DNA from: Clostridia bacterium
GTDB taxonomy: Bacteria; Bacillota; Clostridia; TANB77; CAG-465
Length of the DNA stretch: 64,000 nucleotides
NCBI GenBank assembly: GCA_045536565.1
Contig: JAZSNU010000017.1
Coordinates: 1-64,000, forward strand
Direction: 5' to 3'
Shown here: positions 46,118-55,644 of the stretch, piece after piece
Numbering within the stretch: position 1 is the stretch's first letter
How the letters are laid out: each line of letters opens with the position of its first letter
Notes under the pieces: model-generated
What the model was told of the DNA's origin: nothing
The model's database searches: none
What the model saw: the letters and a program-made list of their open reading frames with translations, nothing else
Translations under genes and position numbers: made by a program

Positions 46118-48913
46118 ATGTCAAATGAAAAGAAAAATTATGGGGAAACCTTAAACCTTCCAAAGACAGATTTCCCAATGCGTGGCAATCTGCCAGAAAG
46201 AGAACCATTCTTTTTAGAGAGAATGGAAAATATGAAAGTATATGAGAAAGCATTAGCTAAAAATAAAGAATCAGGTAAAAACTTTATTCTTCATGATGGA
46301 CCACCATATGCAAATGGAAATATCCATTTAGGTCATGCTTTCAATAAAATATTAAAAGATATTTGCGTAAGATATAAAACAATGCAGGGATATTATGCAC
46401 CATTTATTCCTGGATGGGATACACATGGTCTTCCAATAGAAAAGAAAGTTCAAAAAGAACTAGGTGTAAGTAAAGATGAAGTTGGAATTCCTAAATTTAG
46501 AGAAATATGTAAAAATTATGCCTTAGAACAAGTTGAACTTCAAGAAGGACAATTTAAAAGACTTGGTGGTTTAGGAGATTATGAAAAGAAATATCTTACT
46601 CTTACTCCTGAATTTGAGGCAACACAAATAGAAGTATTTGGTAAAATGTATGAAAAAGGATATATTTACAGAGACCTAAAACCTGTATATTGGTGTCAAG
46701 ATTGTGCAACAGCACTTGCTGAGGCTGAAATTGAATATGAAAATGACACTACTACATCTATATATGTAAAATTTAAAGTTGTAGATGATAAAGGTGTATT
46801 TGCAGGACAAGGAAATCTAGATGAAATATACTTTGTAATTTGGACTACAACACCTTGGACAATACCTGGTAACCAAGCAGTAACTGTAAATAAAGATTTC
46901 GAATATTCGCTAGTAAAAGTAAAAGACAATGAAAAATATATCATAGCAACTGAACTTGTAGATGTTGTAATGAAAGAAGCAGGAATTGAAAATTATTCAA
47001 CAGTTGCTACATATAAAGGTGAAGAATTTGAAAACATGTGGCTTGCACATCCAATTATGGATAAAAAATCAAGAGTGTTATTAGGTGCAGATAATGATCT
47101 ATTAGTAACACTTGATGCAGGTACAGGTTGTGTACATACAGCTCCTGGATTTGGTCATGAAGACTATCTATGTTGTAAAAGATATGGTGATATTGAAATA
47201 GTTGTTCCAGTAGATGAAAAAGGATACATGACAGCTGAGGCTGGTGAATTTAATGGAATGCTATATAGTGATGCTAACGATAAAATAATCGAAAAATTAG
47301 ATGAAGTAGGAAGTTTAGTTACATCTAAGAAATTAGAACATCCATACCCACATTGTTGGAGATGTCATAAACCAATTATTTATAGAGCAACAACTCAATG
47401 GTTTGCATCAGTTGATAAATTTAGAGATGCAGCATTAAATGAAATAAAGAATGTAAACTGGTACCCTAAATGGGGAGAAGACAGAATGACTAACATGGTA
47501 AAAGACAGAAGTGACTGGTGTGTTTCTCGTCAAAGAACATGGGGTGTTCCAATTCCAATTCTATACTGTGAAGATTGTGGCAAGGAACTTATAACACCTG
47601 AAACAATAGAAGCAATAGCAAGACTTGTTAGAATAAACGGATCAAATATTTGGTATGAAATGACAGCAGAGCAAATTTTAGCTACTGTAAAAGGTAATGT
47701 TAAATGTGAATGTGGATGCGAAAAATACATCAAAGAAATGGATATCATGGATGTATGGTTTGATTCTGGTTCAACACATTTTTCAGTATTAAATGATGAG
47801 AAAAAAGGTCTTATGTGGCCTGCAACATTATACTTAGAAGGAAATGATCAATATAGAGGATGGTTCCAATCATCACTTCTTACATCAGTTGCAGTAAATG
47901 GCAAAGCCCCATATGAAAATGTTGTAACACATGGTTTCTTAATTGATGAAGAAAAGAGAAAAATGTCAAAATCAGCTGGTAACGGTATTAACCCACAAGA
48001 TGTAATACAAAAATTTGGAGCAGATATATTAAGATTTTGGACTATATCTTCTGATTATCATACTGATGTTAGAGTATCAAATGATATCTTAGCACAAGTT
48101 GCAGAAGTATATAAAAAGATAAGAAATACTGCAAGATTTATGCTTGGTAATTTGTATGACTTTAATCCAAATTCTGATTATATAGAATATGAAGATAGAA
48201 ATGAATTAGACAAATACATAATGTATAAAGCAAATAAACTTGTAGAAACAACAATAGCTGCTTATGAAAAATATGATTTCCATATTGTATATAACGAAGT
48301 ACATAAATTTGCATCATCAGAACTTAGTAGCAAATACTTAGATGTTGTAAAAGATGCACTATATACATTAAAACCAGAAGATAAAACAAGAAGAGCAATA
48401 CAGTCTACAATGTATGATGTACTAAATATTGTTGTAAAATTAATATCACCAGTATTATGCTTTACAGCAGAAGAAATTTGGAGTTACATGAATCATGATT
48501 CTAAGAACAATGAATCTTCTGTACTTCTTACTAACATGCCAACAGTAGATGAAAAATATAACAATGAAGAATTAGTTGCTAAGTGGGATAAGATTTATGA
48601 AATAAGAGAAGAATTACTTGGTGAAATTGAAAAAGCAAGAGCAGAGAAAAAAGTAGGTCATCCACTTGATGCAAAAGTAACAATAACTACAAAAGGAAAA
48701 GACTACGAATTTAAATCTGAAATAACAGAAGTTTTAGAAATGATATTAATTGTTTCTAAGGTTGAAGTTGTAGAAGGAGAAGAAAAGAAAGTAGAAGTAG
48801 ATAAAGCACCTGGATATAAATGTGCGAGATGTTGGAAATATGATGAGGATATCGGCAGAGATAAACACAATCCTGACATATGTCCAAAATGTATAGCAAA
48901 TACAACAAAATAA
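46118..48913 (+). CDS. ileS: Isoleucine--tRNA ligase (type 1)
   Basis: LHDGPPYANG.IHLGH, WTTTPWT, SRQRTWG, DQYRGWF, KMSKS, C-terminal CARCW/CPKC Zn finger. Confidence 0.97.
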   Translation: MSNEKKNYGETLNLPKTDFPMRGNLPEREPFFLERMENMKVYEKALAKNKESGKNFILHDGPPYANGNIHLGHAFNKILKDICVRYKTMQGYYAPFIPGWDTHGLPIEKKVQKELGVSKDEVGIPKFREICKNYALEQVELQEGQFKRLGGLGDYEKKYLTLTPEFEATQIEVFGKMYEKGYIYRDLKPVYWCQDCATALAEAEIEYENDTTTSIYVKFKVVDDKGVFAGQGNLDEIYFVIWTTTPWTIPGNQAVTVNKDFEYSLVKVKDNEKYIIATELVDVVMKEAGIENYSTVATYKGEEFENMWLAHPIMDKKSRVLLGADNDLLVTLDAGTGCVHTAPGFGHEDYLCCKRYGDIEIVVPVDEKGYMTAEAGEFNGMLYSDANDKIIEKLDEVGSLVTSKKLEHPYPHCWRCHKPIIYRATTQWFASVDKFRDAALNEIKNVNWYPKWGEDRMTNMVKDRSDWCVSRQRTWGVPIPILYCEDCGKELITPETIEAIARLVRINGSNIWYEMTAEQILATVKGNVKCECGCEKYIKEMDIMDVWFDSGSTHFSVLNDEKKGLMWPATLYLEGNDQYRGWFQSSLLTSVAVNGKAPYENVVTHGFLIDEEKRKMSKSAGNGINPQDVIQKFGADILRFWTISSDYHTDVRVSNDILAQVAEVYKKIRNTARFMLGNLYDFNPNSDYIEYEDRNELDKYIMYKANKLVETTIAAYEKYDFHIVYNEVHKFASSELSSKYLDVVKDALYTLKPEDKTRRAIQSTMYDVLNIVVKLISPVLCFTAEEIWSYMNHDSKNNESSVLLTNMPTVDEKYNNEELVAKWDKIYEIREELLGEIEKARAEKKVGHPLDAKVTITTKGKDYEFKSEITEVLEMILIVSKVEVVEGEEKKVEVDKAPGYKCARCWKYDEDIGRDKHNPDICPKCIANTTK

Positions 48914-48923
48914 CAAAGAATAG

Positions 48924-48957
48924 AATAAAGGCCCCTATATGAATAGGGACCTTTATT
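48924..48957. terminator. Probable bidirectional terminator
   Basis: AATAAAGGCCCCTAT / ATAGGGACCTTTATT. Confidence 0.75.
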
Positions 48958-49365
48958 TTATGCTTCGGTAGCTTCAAAGTTATTAAACAATGTATCTATT
49001 TTACCCGAATTCTTCTCTTTAGGAAACCAAAGCACGATTTCTTTTAGAGGTGATGATAGCTTATGAATTGACCAAGATGTGGTGACAATTGGTAAAGTGA
49101 GTATTGCGGTTTTTTCAGGAGCACCGCCAGATTTTTCAGTTTTAAATTCGATAACACCACGTAAAGATCGCTGAGATGTTGATATATATGAAGAAATATT
49201 TTTGATTTTTGACAAATCAGCATCAATTCCATCCCTTATTGCAAAACCGTATCCTTCGACATCCTTAGTAAAATCAAGAGTTGTCATATATGGCAGTGTA
49301 TTTATTTGATTACCAAAGTTAACCTCCTTACCAAAAGCAAACTCAAACATACTTGAAATTTTCAT
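48958..49365 (-). CDS. Hypothetical protein
   Basis: GGAGG RBS before ATG 49365, own promoter, stop at terminator. Confidence 0.7.
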   Translation of the reverse strand: MKISSMFEFAFGKEVNFGNQINTLPYMTTLDFTKDVEGYGFAIRDGIDADLSKIKNISSYISTSQRSLRGVIEFKTEKSGGAPEKTAILTLPIVTTSWSIHKLSSPLKEIVLWFPKEKNSGKIDTLFNNFEATEA

Positions 49366-49415
49366 AATATTTTCCTCCATAAAATTATTTATATAACAAA
49401 AATTACTACATTAAT

Positions 49416-49445
49416 ATTATATCATACACTTCATATTTATGTCAA
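49416..49445 (-). promoter_or_regulatory. sigma-A promoter
   Basis: TTGACA-18-TATAAT with TG extension on minus strand. Confidence 0.7.
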
Positions 49446-49521
49446 TTCGATAGGTTCTATATATTAAATGTTGTAACATATGTATGTAGTATAGTATAGA
49501 ATATATAAAGGTGATAATTTT

Positions 49522-50664
49522 ATGAAAGAAATATATGTGGATCATAGTGCCACAACTTATGTAAGAGATGAAGTATTAGATGCTATGTTACCATATTTTA
49601 GTGAGAAATTTGGTAATGCCTCATCTGGCTATTCTTTAGGCAGAGAGTCAAAAAAAACAATAGATATAGCAAGAAAACAAGTAGCAGATGCAATAAATTC
49701 AAATGCTGATGAAATATATTTTACAAGCGGTGGAAGTGAGGCAGATAACCTCGTTATAAAAGGCATTGCTTATGCAAATAAGGATAAAGGTAATCATATT
49801 ATAACTAGTAAAATTGAACATCCTGCTGTGTTAAATACATGTAAATGTTTAGAAAAAGATGGATTTGAAGTGACTTACTTATCAGTAGACGAAAATGGTT
49901 TTGTCAAATTTGATGAGCTTAGGAATAGTATAACAGATAAAACAATTTTAATTAGTATTATGACTGCAAATAACGAAATAGGGACAATACAAAATATACA
50001 AGAAATAGGGAAAATAGCTAGATTTAAAGATGTATATTTTCATACCGATAGTGTTCAAGCAATAGGAAATATGAAAATAGATGTAAAAGAAATGAATATA
50101 GATGCACTCAGTATGTCTGCTCATAAGTTTTATGGCCCCAAAGGTATAGGAGCAGCATATATAAAAAAAGGAATATCATTTAATCCAATTATAAATGGTG
50201 GTCATCAAGAAAATTCAAAAAGAGCAGGAACTGAAAATGTACCCGCAATAGTTGGTATGGGTAGGGCAATTGAGCTTGCAAATAGTGAGATTGAGGAATA
50301 TAACAAAAAGTTAGTAGAGCTTAGAAATTATACAGTGGATAGAATATTAAAAGAAATCTCGGATGTAAGGATAAATGGGGATTTAGACAAAAGATTACCA
50401 GGTAATGTAAATGTTTCATTTAAAGGTATAGAAGGGATGTCTTTACTTCTTATGCTTGATATGAAAGGAATATGTGCATCTAGTGGTAGTGCGTGTACTA
50501 CTGGAACAGTTAATCCTTCACATGTTCTTAAAGCGATAGGACTAGAAGATAAAATGGCAAAAGGAACATTAAGACTAACATTTGGAAAGGCTAATACACT
50601 TGATGATGCAGAGCATATAGTAGATATATTAAAAGAAGCGATAGAAGAACTTAGAAATATGTAA
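49522..50664 (+). CDS. iscS: Cysteine desulfurase (IscS/NifS type)
   Basis: YVDHSATT, FTSGGSEADN, NNEIGTIQ, SAHKFYGPKG, SSGSACT. Confidence 0.92.
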   Translation: MKEIYVDHSATTYVRDEVLDAMLPYFSEKFGNASSGYSLGRESKKTIDIARKQVADAINSNADEIYFTSGGSEADNLVIKGIAYANKDKGNHIITSKIEHPAVLNTCKCLEKDGFEVTYLSVDENGFVKFDELRNSITDKTILISIMTANNEIGTIQNIQEIGKIARFKDVYFHTDSVQAIGNMKIDVKEMNIDALSMSAHKFYGPKGIGAAYIKKGISFNPIINGGHQENSKRAGTENVPAIVGMGRAIELANSEIEEYNKKLVELRNYTVDRILKEISDVRINGDLDKRLPGNVNVSFKGIEGMSLLLMLDMKGICASSGSACTTGTVNPSHVLKAIGLEDKMAKGTLRLTFGKANTLDDAEHIVDILKEAIEELRNM

Positions 50665-50724
50665 TATTCTGTTCTTTATTTTTTCTTGTTATTATGATAG
50701 AATATCTAAAACGGAGGAGATAAA

Positions 50725-51606
50725 ATGATAGATTTACATACTCATACAACATATTCAGATGGAACATTTAGTGTTAAAGAGGTTTTAACAGAAGCAGAAA
50801 AAACAGAAGTTACAATGCTTTCAATAACAGACCATGATAAAGTTCAGGCATATATTGAAATGAAAGAGTTTGATGTAAAAGATTACTATACAGGTAAAAT
50901 TATGGTAGGAGCTGAATTTAGCGTAGCACATGAAGGCAAGAGAATGGAACTTCTTGGCTATGGTTTTGATATAGACAAAGTTAAATCATGGCTAGATAAA
51001 ACATTTGCTAAACAAAAATTAATAGATGATAATATAATTGAATTTAACGAAATATATGAAACTTGTAAAGAAAAGGGTATAAAGGTAACAGATAATTTAC
51101 ACTATGATCCAAACGGTTATGCGGTTGATGCAATATATTATGATGTTACAAAATACGAAGAAAATAAAAAGTTTTTTACTGATGATGAATGGAATAACAT
51201 AGATATATTTTGGAGAAAATGTTCTAATGATAAAGACTTTATACTTTACTGGGATTTTTCAAAAAGAACACCGTCAGCAGAAGAAGTTTCAAAATTAATA
51301 AGAGAAGCAGGCGGAAAAGTATTTGTAGCTCATATATTTAAGTATCAAATAGATAATCATATTGAACTTTTAAATAGCTTGGTGGATAAAGGTGTTTTAG
51401 ATGGAGTAGAAGTATATTATTCTGCTTTTACTGATGAGCAAATTAAATACTTAGAAGATTATTGTAAAAAGAATGATATGCTTATGTCAGCGGGCTCTGA
51501 TTTTCATGGTATGAAGAAAAAAGATAGAAAAATAGGGATAGGATATGGAAACATGAATGTCCAAGAAGAAGTAGTTAAAGATTGGTTTAAAGAATATATA
51601 ATATAA
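50725..51606 (+). CDS. PHP-domain phosphoesterase
   Basis: DLHTHTTYSDG, ITDHD, AH, GSDFHG. Confidence 0.9.
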   Translation: MIDLHTHTTYSDGTFSVKEVLTEAEKTEVTMLSITDHDKVQAYIEMKEFDVKDYYTGKIMVGAEFSVAHEGKRMELLGYGFDIDKVKSWLDKTFAKQKLIDDNIIEFNEIYETCKEKGIKVTDNLHYDPNGYAVDAIYYDVTKYEENKKFFTDDEWNNIDIFWRKCSNDKDFILYWDFSKRTPSAEEVSKLIREAGGKVFVAHIFKYQIDNHIELLNSLVDKGVLDGVEVYYSAFTDEQIKYLEDYCKKNDMLMSAGSDFHGMKKKDRKIGIGYGNMNVQEEVVKDWFKEYII

Positions 51607-51644
51607 TGAATAATATTTAAATTTTTGTAAATAATATTAGTATT

Positions 51645-52061
51645 ATGAAGAGATTTTTTATATATGGATTTATAGGTTGTTCTATGGAAGTGTTTTGGAC
51701 TGGTATAGCATCGCTATTTAAAGGGGATACTGCCTTAATGTCACATAGTAGTATATGGATGATAGTAATATATGGCATGGCACTGTTTTTAGAGCCATTT
51801 CAAAATATGTTAAATAATAAAAACTGGTTTATTAGAGGAATAGTATATATGCTGCTTATATATTTGACTGAATATGTTACGGGTTTTATACTAGATATTT
51901 TTGATATACAAGTTTGGAGATATACAGATATATTAAATATTAATGGATATATAACAGGCACATTTGCTCCACTTTGGTTTGCAGTTGGATTATTCTTTGA
52001 AAGAGTAAGAATGTGGCTTGATAATGTATCTGAAATTGATCCAGAATTAAGTTATGAATAA
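51645..52061 (+). CDS. Small polytopic membrane protein (putative ABC transporter permease / DUF1113-like)
   Basis: YGFIG..MEV, IWM..IYG, EYVTG..L, WRY, NINGYI, PLWF..GL. Confidence 0.7.
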   Translation: MKRFFIYGFIGCSMEVFWTGIASLFKGDTALMSHSSIWMIVIYGMALFLEPFQNMLNNKNWFIRGIVYMLLIYLTEYVTGFILDIFDIQVWRYTDILNINGYITGTFAPLWFAVGLFFERVRMWLDNVSEIDPELSYE

Positions 52062-52078
52062 TTAAAAAAGTACAAAAT

Positions 52079-52102
52079 AGCCTTCGCGTTTTAGCGAAGG
52101 CT
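52079..52102. terminator. Probable bidirectional terminator
   Basis: AGCCTTCGC / GCGAAGGCT between convergent genes. Confidence 0.75.
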
Positions 52103-52122
52103 TAATTTTGTCATGTTATTCG

Positions 52123-53718
52123 TTATTTTGTAACACTTGTTACATCGTAATAATTATTGGACTCATAACATTTAACATTAATTGTGTCACCGATTTTAAC
52201 AAGTGGCAAATACTGTTTACCAGAAGTTATACTTGCAATATACAGTTCTTTATCTGAGGACATAATGTAGTAATATGAGTTGCCCTCTATTGTTGCAGTG
52301 TAAATTTCTGACACAGTTATTTCTTTATCAAGAATCTCTGGTTTAGTAGCATTTAAATTAGATGTATCTTTATTTAATGCTTTCAAATATTCTTGCATTC
52401 CGTATTCAACACCTAATTTAGATTCTGTAACAGAAAGAATCTGAATGTTTTCAACGGATACAAATGCATACATTTTAACAAGTCCTGCGTTGTCTTTTAA
52501 TGATAAGAAATATGTTGGAACTCCATTAGCATTAATAAGGATAGGGAAGGTTGAAGAATAATTTAAGTGTTGTACTTGCCCTTTGGCTGAATCCATAGCA
52601 GAATATTCCTCGGCAGATGGCATTTCAAAATATTTTGCTTTGCCAGTTCTCATGTTTACCATCATAAACCCAATGTTAGATTCATCCTGAACAACAGAGG
52701 TAATACCAGTGTACAAATATACATCATTATCAATTGTTACATAGTTATATCCTTCTGTTGATTCTCTTACATTCTTTTGACCGAATATATAATTCCAGAA
52801 TCCGTTTTCATAAGTTCCCCAAGCATCAATCATTTCGACAGCTGTGTTAGCATCAATTGCATGGTCAATCCAAGTTGGAATATTTTTGATATCGTATACC
52901 TCGATTTCACCATTAATAGGATTTACTAAAATACATCCAGTAGGCATTTTGGCACGACCGATTCCTGCTGTATATCTAAAAGTAGGAACAATATAATATG
53001 GATTACCATTGTCATCAACTTCAAATGAGAAGGTGTCAAATAGTACTGTTCTGAAATTTCTTCTTAAATAACGCTGTAAGTCTTTTCCAAAATATGCAGA
53101 TGGTGAATATTTCATACCTTTTTCAAGTCTTACAAATTCTGCTTCTTTTGATATACCATCTACTGTGATATATCCTGGTATACCAAAATGTTTATTACTG
53201 TTATACTTAAACAAACCAGCATAACCAAGAGGTGAAACTCTAACTGGCTTTCCGCCATAATTTATTTGAGTGTAATTAGTCATTACATTAAACTGAGAAA
53301 CCTCGTTTGTTAAAGTTCCCATTTTTCTATTACCTAAAATAGAAGAACTTGCTTTATCAATTTGGGGTACCGTATTCCAATCTACCTGAGGAATTTCTTT
53401 TTCAAATGTTGTTTTTTCTACATCTAATCTTGAATAATGTGCAGAAGAATTACACATAGGTCCGCCTACTAGTACACCTATTAGCAATACTGCAACAAAT
53501 AGTGCTGTAACGCCCCAAGATATACCAGTTGCGATGTATGATTCATATTCTATTGCATCAAATATATTTATACATATACTAAATATTGCGCCAATAGAAA
53601 TTAGGTAGAACCAAAAACCAGGTGATGATAGGTTAAAAGCAGGTAATGCAAAATAGTAAGTTATCCAACTTAAAATAGCAGTGATAGCTGTTGAAACAGC
53701 AAATTTAATGATTTTCAT
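52123..53718 (-). CDS. Hypothetical membrane protein (3 N-terminal TM + large extracellular domain)
   Basis: 531 aa, AAAGGAG RBS, YTGITSV..DESNIGF and LKDNAGLVK motifs; function not assignable. Confidence 0.75.
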   Translation of the reverse strand: MKIIKFAVSTAITAILSWITYYFALPAFNLSSPGFWFYLISIGAIFSICINIFDAIEYESYIATGISWGVTALFVAVLLIGVLVGGPMCNSSAHYSRLDVEKTTFEKEIPQVDWNTVPQIDKASSSILGNRKMGTLTNEVSQFNVMTNYTQINYGGKPVRVSPLGYAGLFKYNSNKHFGIPGYITVDGISKEAEFVRLEKGMKYSPSAYFGKDLQRYLRRNFRTVLFDTFSFEVDDNGNPYYIVPTFRYTAGIGRAKMPTGCILVNPINGEIEVYDIKNIPTWIDHAIDANTAVEMIDAWGTYENGFWNYIFGQKNVRESTEGYNYVTIDNDVYLYTGITSVVQDESNIGFMMVNMRTGKAKYFEMPSAEEYSAMDSAKGQVQHLNYSSTFPILINANGVPTYFLSLKDNAGLVKMYAFVSVENIQILSVTESKLGVEYGMQEYLKALNKDTSNLNATKPEILDKEITVSEIYTATIEGNSYYYIMSSDKELYIASITSGKQYLPLVKIGDTINVKCYESNNYYDVTSVTK

Positions 53719-53772
53719 AATACAATCTCCTTTATAAAATTATTTTTAAAGCATAATATTACTACGATATAC

Positions 53773-53801
53773 ATTATACCATATTTATGTAAACAAATCA
53801 A
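53773..53801 (-). promoter_or_regulatory. sigma-A promoter (cassette-type)
   Basis: TTGATT-TGTTTACATAAATATGG-TATAAT on minus strand. Confidence 0.65.
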
Positions 53802-53925
53802 GATATACTTTATTATAATATACTTGTTAATATTTAAATAAATTTTATAATACACCATTTAAAAAATATTAGTAATATGATATAATTTGTATGAAAAATA
53901 TATTAAAGACAGAAGGTTGTATTAT

Positions 53926-54453
53926 ATGTATATAGATAAACTAGAAACCAAAAATCTTATACTACGAAAAGCAAGAAAAATTGATTTAGATAGTATATGG
54001 AATAATATATGGAAAGATGATAAAATTGCAGAAAATATGCTCTGGGAAGTAACAAAAAATATTGAAGATGCAAATTCTAGGTTAGAGAGAACTATTAAAT
54101 ATCAGTCAGAAAATTATGCATATTTTGTTTGTTTGAAATCAAATGATGAGCCTATTGGATTTGCTGGTATAAAAGAAATAGAAGAAGGTGTTTATGAGGA
54201 AAGTGGAATATGCATCGCTCGTAAGTACCAAGGAAAAGGATATGCAAAAGAGGTAGTAGATGCATTAAAGACTTTAATATTTGATATCCTAAACGGCGAT
54301 AAATTTATATATGGATGTTTTTCAACAAATGAAAGATCTAAAAAAGTCTGTCTTTCACAAGGTTTTAAATATTTAAATAGCGTAGATATAACAAGGGATT
54401 ATGATAATAAAAAGTTTACAGTAGATTATTATTATTTTGATAAAGATATGTAA
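53926..54453 (+). CDS. GNAT (RimJ/RimL-like) N-acetyltransferase
   Basis: LETKNLILR, IGFAG, YQGKGYAKE, NERSKKV...GF. Confidence 0.85.
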   Translation: MYIDKLETKNLILRKARKIDLDSIWNNIWKDDKIAENMLWEVTKNIEDANSRLERTIKYQSENYAYFVCLKSNDEPIGFAGIKEIEEGVYEESGICIARKYQGKGYAKEVVDALKTLIFDILNGDKFIYGCFSTNERSKKVCLSQGFKYLNSVDITRDYDNKKFTVDYYYFDKDM

Positions 54454-54500
54454 ATGAGAAAAGAATAGCATATGTTTTTTATGGAGAAAAAGGAAGGAGA

Positions 54501-55526
54501 ATGATAATGGAAGAAAAATCACTGCAAATAACAAATCATGATTTTTTAATATATAAAGATGGAAATAATGATGTTAAAGTAAGTGTTATATTAATTAATA
54601 ATGATTTATGGTTAACGCAAGATTTAATTGCTGAATTGTTTGGTACTGCAAGAAGTACAATTACTGAGCATATAAATAATATATTAAATGATGGAGAATT
54701 GTTAGAAGAAACTTCCGTCGGAATTTCCGACATAAGTTCTGGTGGAAGAAAACCTAAAATATACAATTTAGATATGATAATTGCTGTTGGATATAGAGTT
54801 AATTCTAAAAAAGCTACTAATTTTAGAATATGGGCTACAAAAGTATTAAAAGAATATATGATAAAAGGTGTAGTTATGGATGATGAAAGATTAAAAAATC
54901 CGAACTATATTTTTGGTGAAGACTATTTTGAAGAAACTCTTGAAAGAATTAGAAATATTCGTTCTAGTGAAAGAAGATTTTACCAAAAGATTACAGATAT
55001 ATATTCACAATGTAGTATTGATTATGATAAAGATGCAGAAATAACTAAACATTTTTTTAAAACTGTACAAAACAAGCTGCATTTTGCTATAACTGGTAAT
55101 ACAGCGGTAGAAATAATATATAATAGAGTAGATTCTGAAAAAGAACATATGGGACTTACAAATTGGAAAAATTCTCCTGATGGACCAATTTATAAATATG
55201 ATGTGGATATCGCAAAAAACTATTTAAACGAAGATGAATTAAAAAAGTTAAATAGAATAGTAACAATGTATTTAGATTATGCTGAAATGCAAGCAGAAAA
55301 TCATAATGCAATGACAATGGAAGATTGGGTAGAAAAGTTAAATGCATTTTTACAATTTAATGGAAAAGAGATATTGAAAAATGCTGGAAAAATATCTCAA
55401 AGAGTTGCACAAGAATTAGCATATAAAGAATATGATAAGTTTAAAATAAAACAAGATAAAATGCTTATTTCGGATTTTGATGAATTTGTAAAACAAACAA
55501 ATTTATTAGAAAAAAATAAAGAGTAA
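54501..55526 (+). CDS. Virulence RhuM family protein
   Basis: WLTQ..IAELF, YNLDMIIAVGYRVNS..AT.FR.WA, RIRNIRSSERRFYQK, VQNKLHFA. Confidence 0.9.
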   Translation: MIMEEKSLQITNHDFLIYKDGNNDVKVSVILINNDLWLTQDLIAELFGTARSTITEHINNILNDGELLEETSVGISDISSGGRKPKIYNLDMIIAVGYRVNSKKATNFRIWATKVLKEYMIKGVVMDDERLKNPNYIFGEDYFEETLERIRNIRSSERRFYQKITDIYSQCSIDYDKDAEITKHFFKTVQNKLHFAITGNTAVEIIYNRVDSEKEHMGLTNWKNSPDGPIYKYDVDIAKNYLNEDELKKLNRIVTMYLDYAEMQAENHNAMTMEDWVEKLNAFLQFNGKEILKNAGKISQRVAQELAYKEYDKFKIKQDKMLISDFDEFVKQTNLLEKNKE

Positions 55527-55644
55527 ATAAGATATAAAAAAAAATGAGGTAATTACAACCTAAGTAAAACTTTAATTAAATGATTATAATGTAAAATTAA
55601 ATAAAAAGAATTTTTACATATTTGAGTGAAATGAGATGTGAGTT

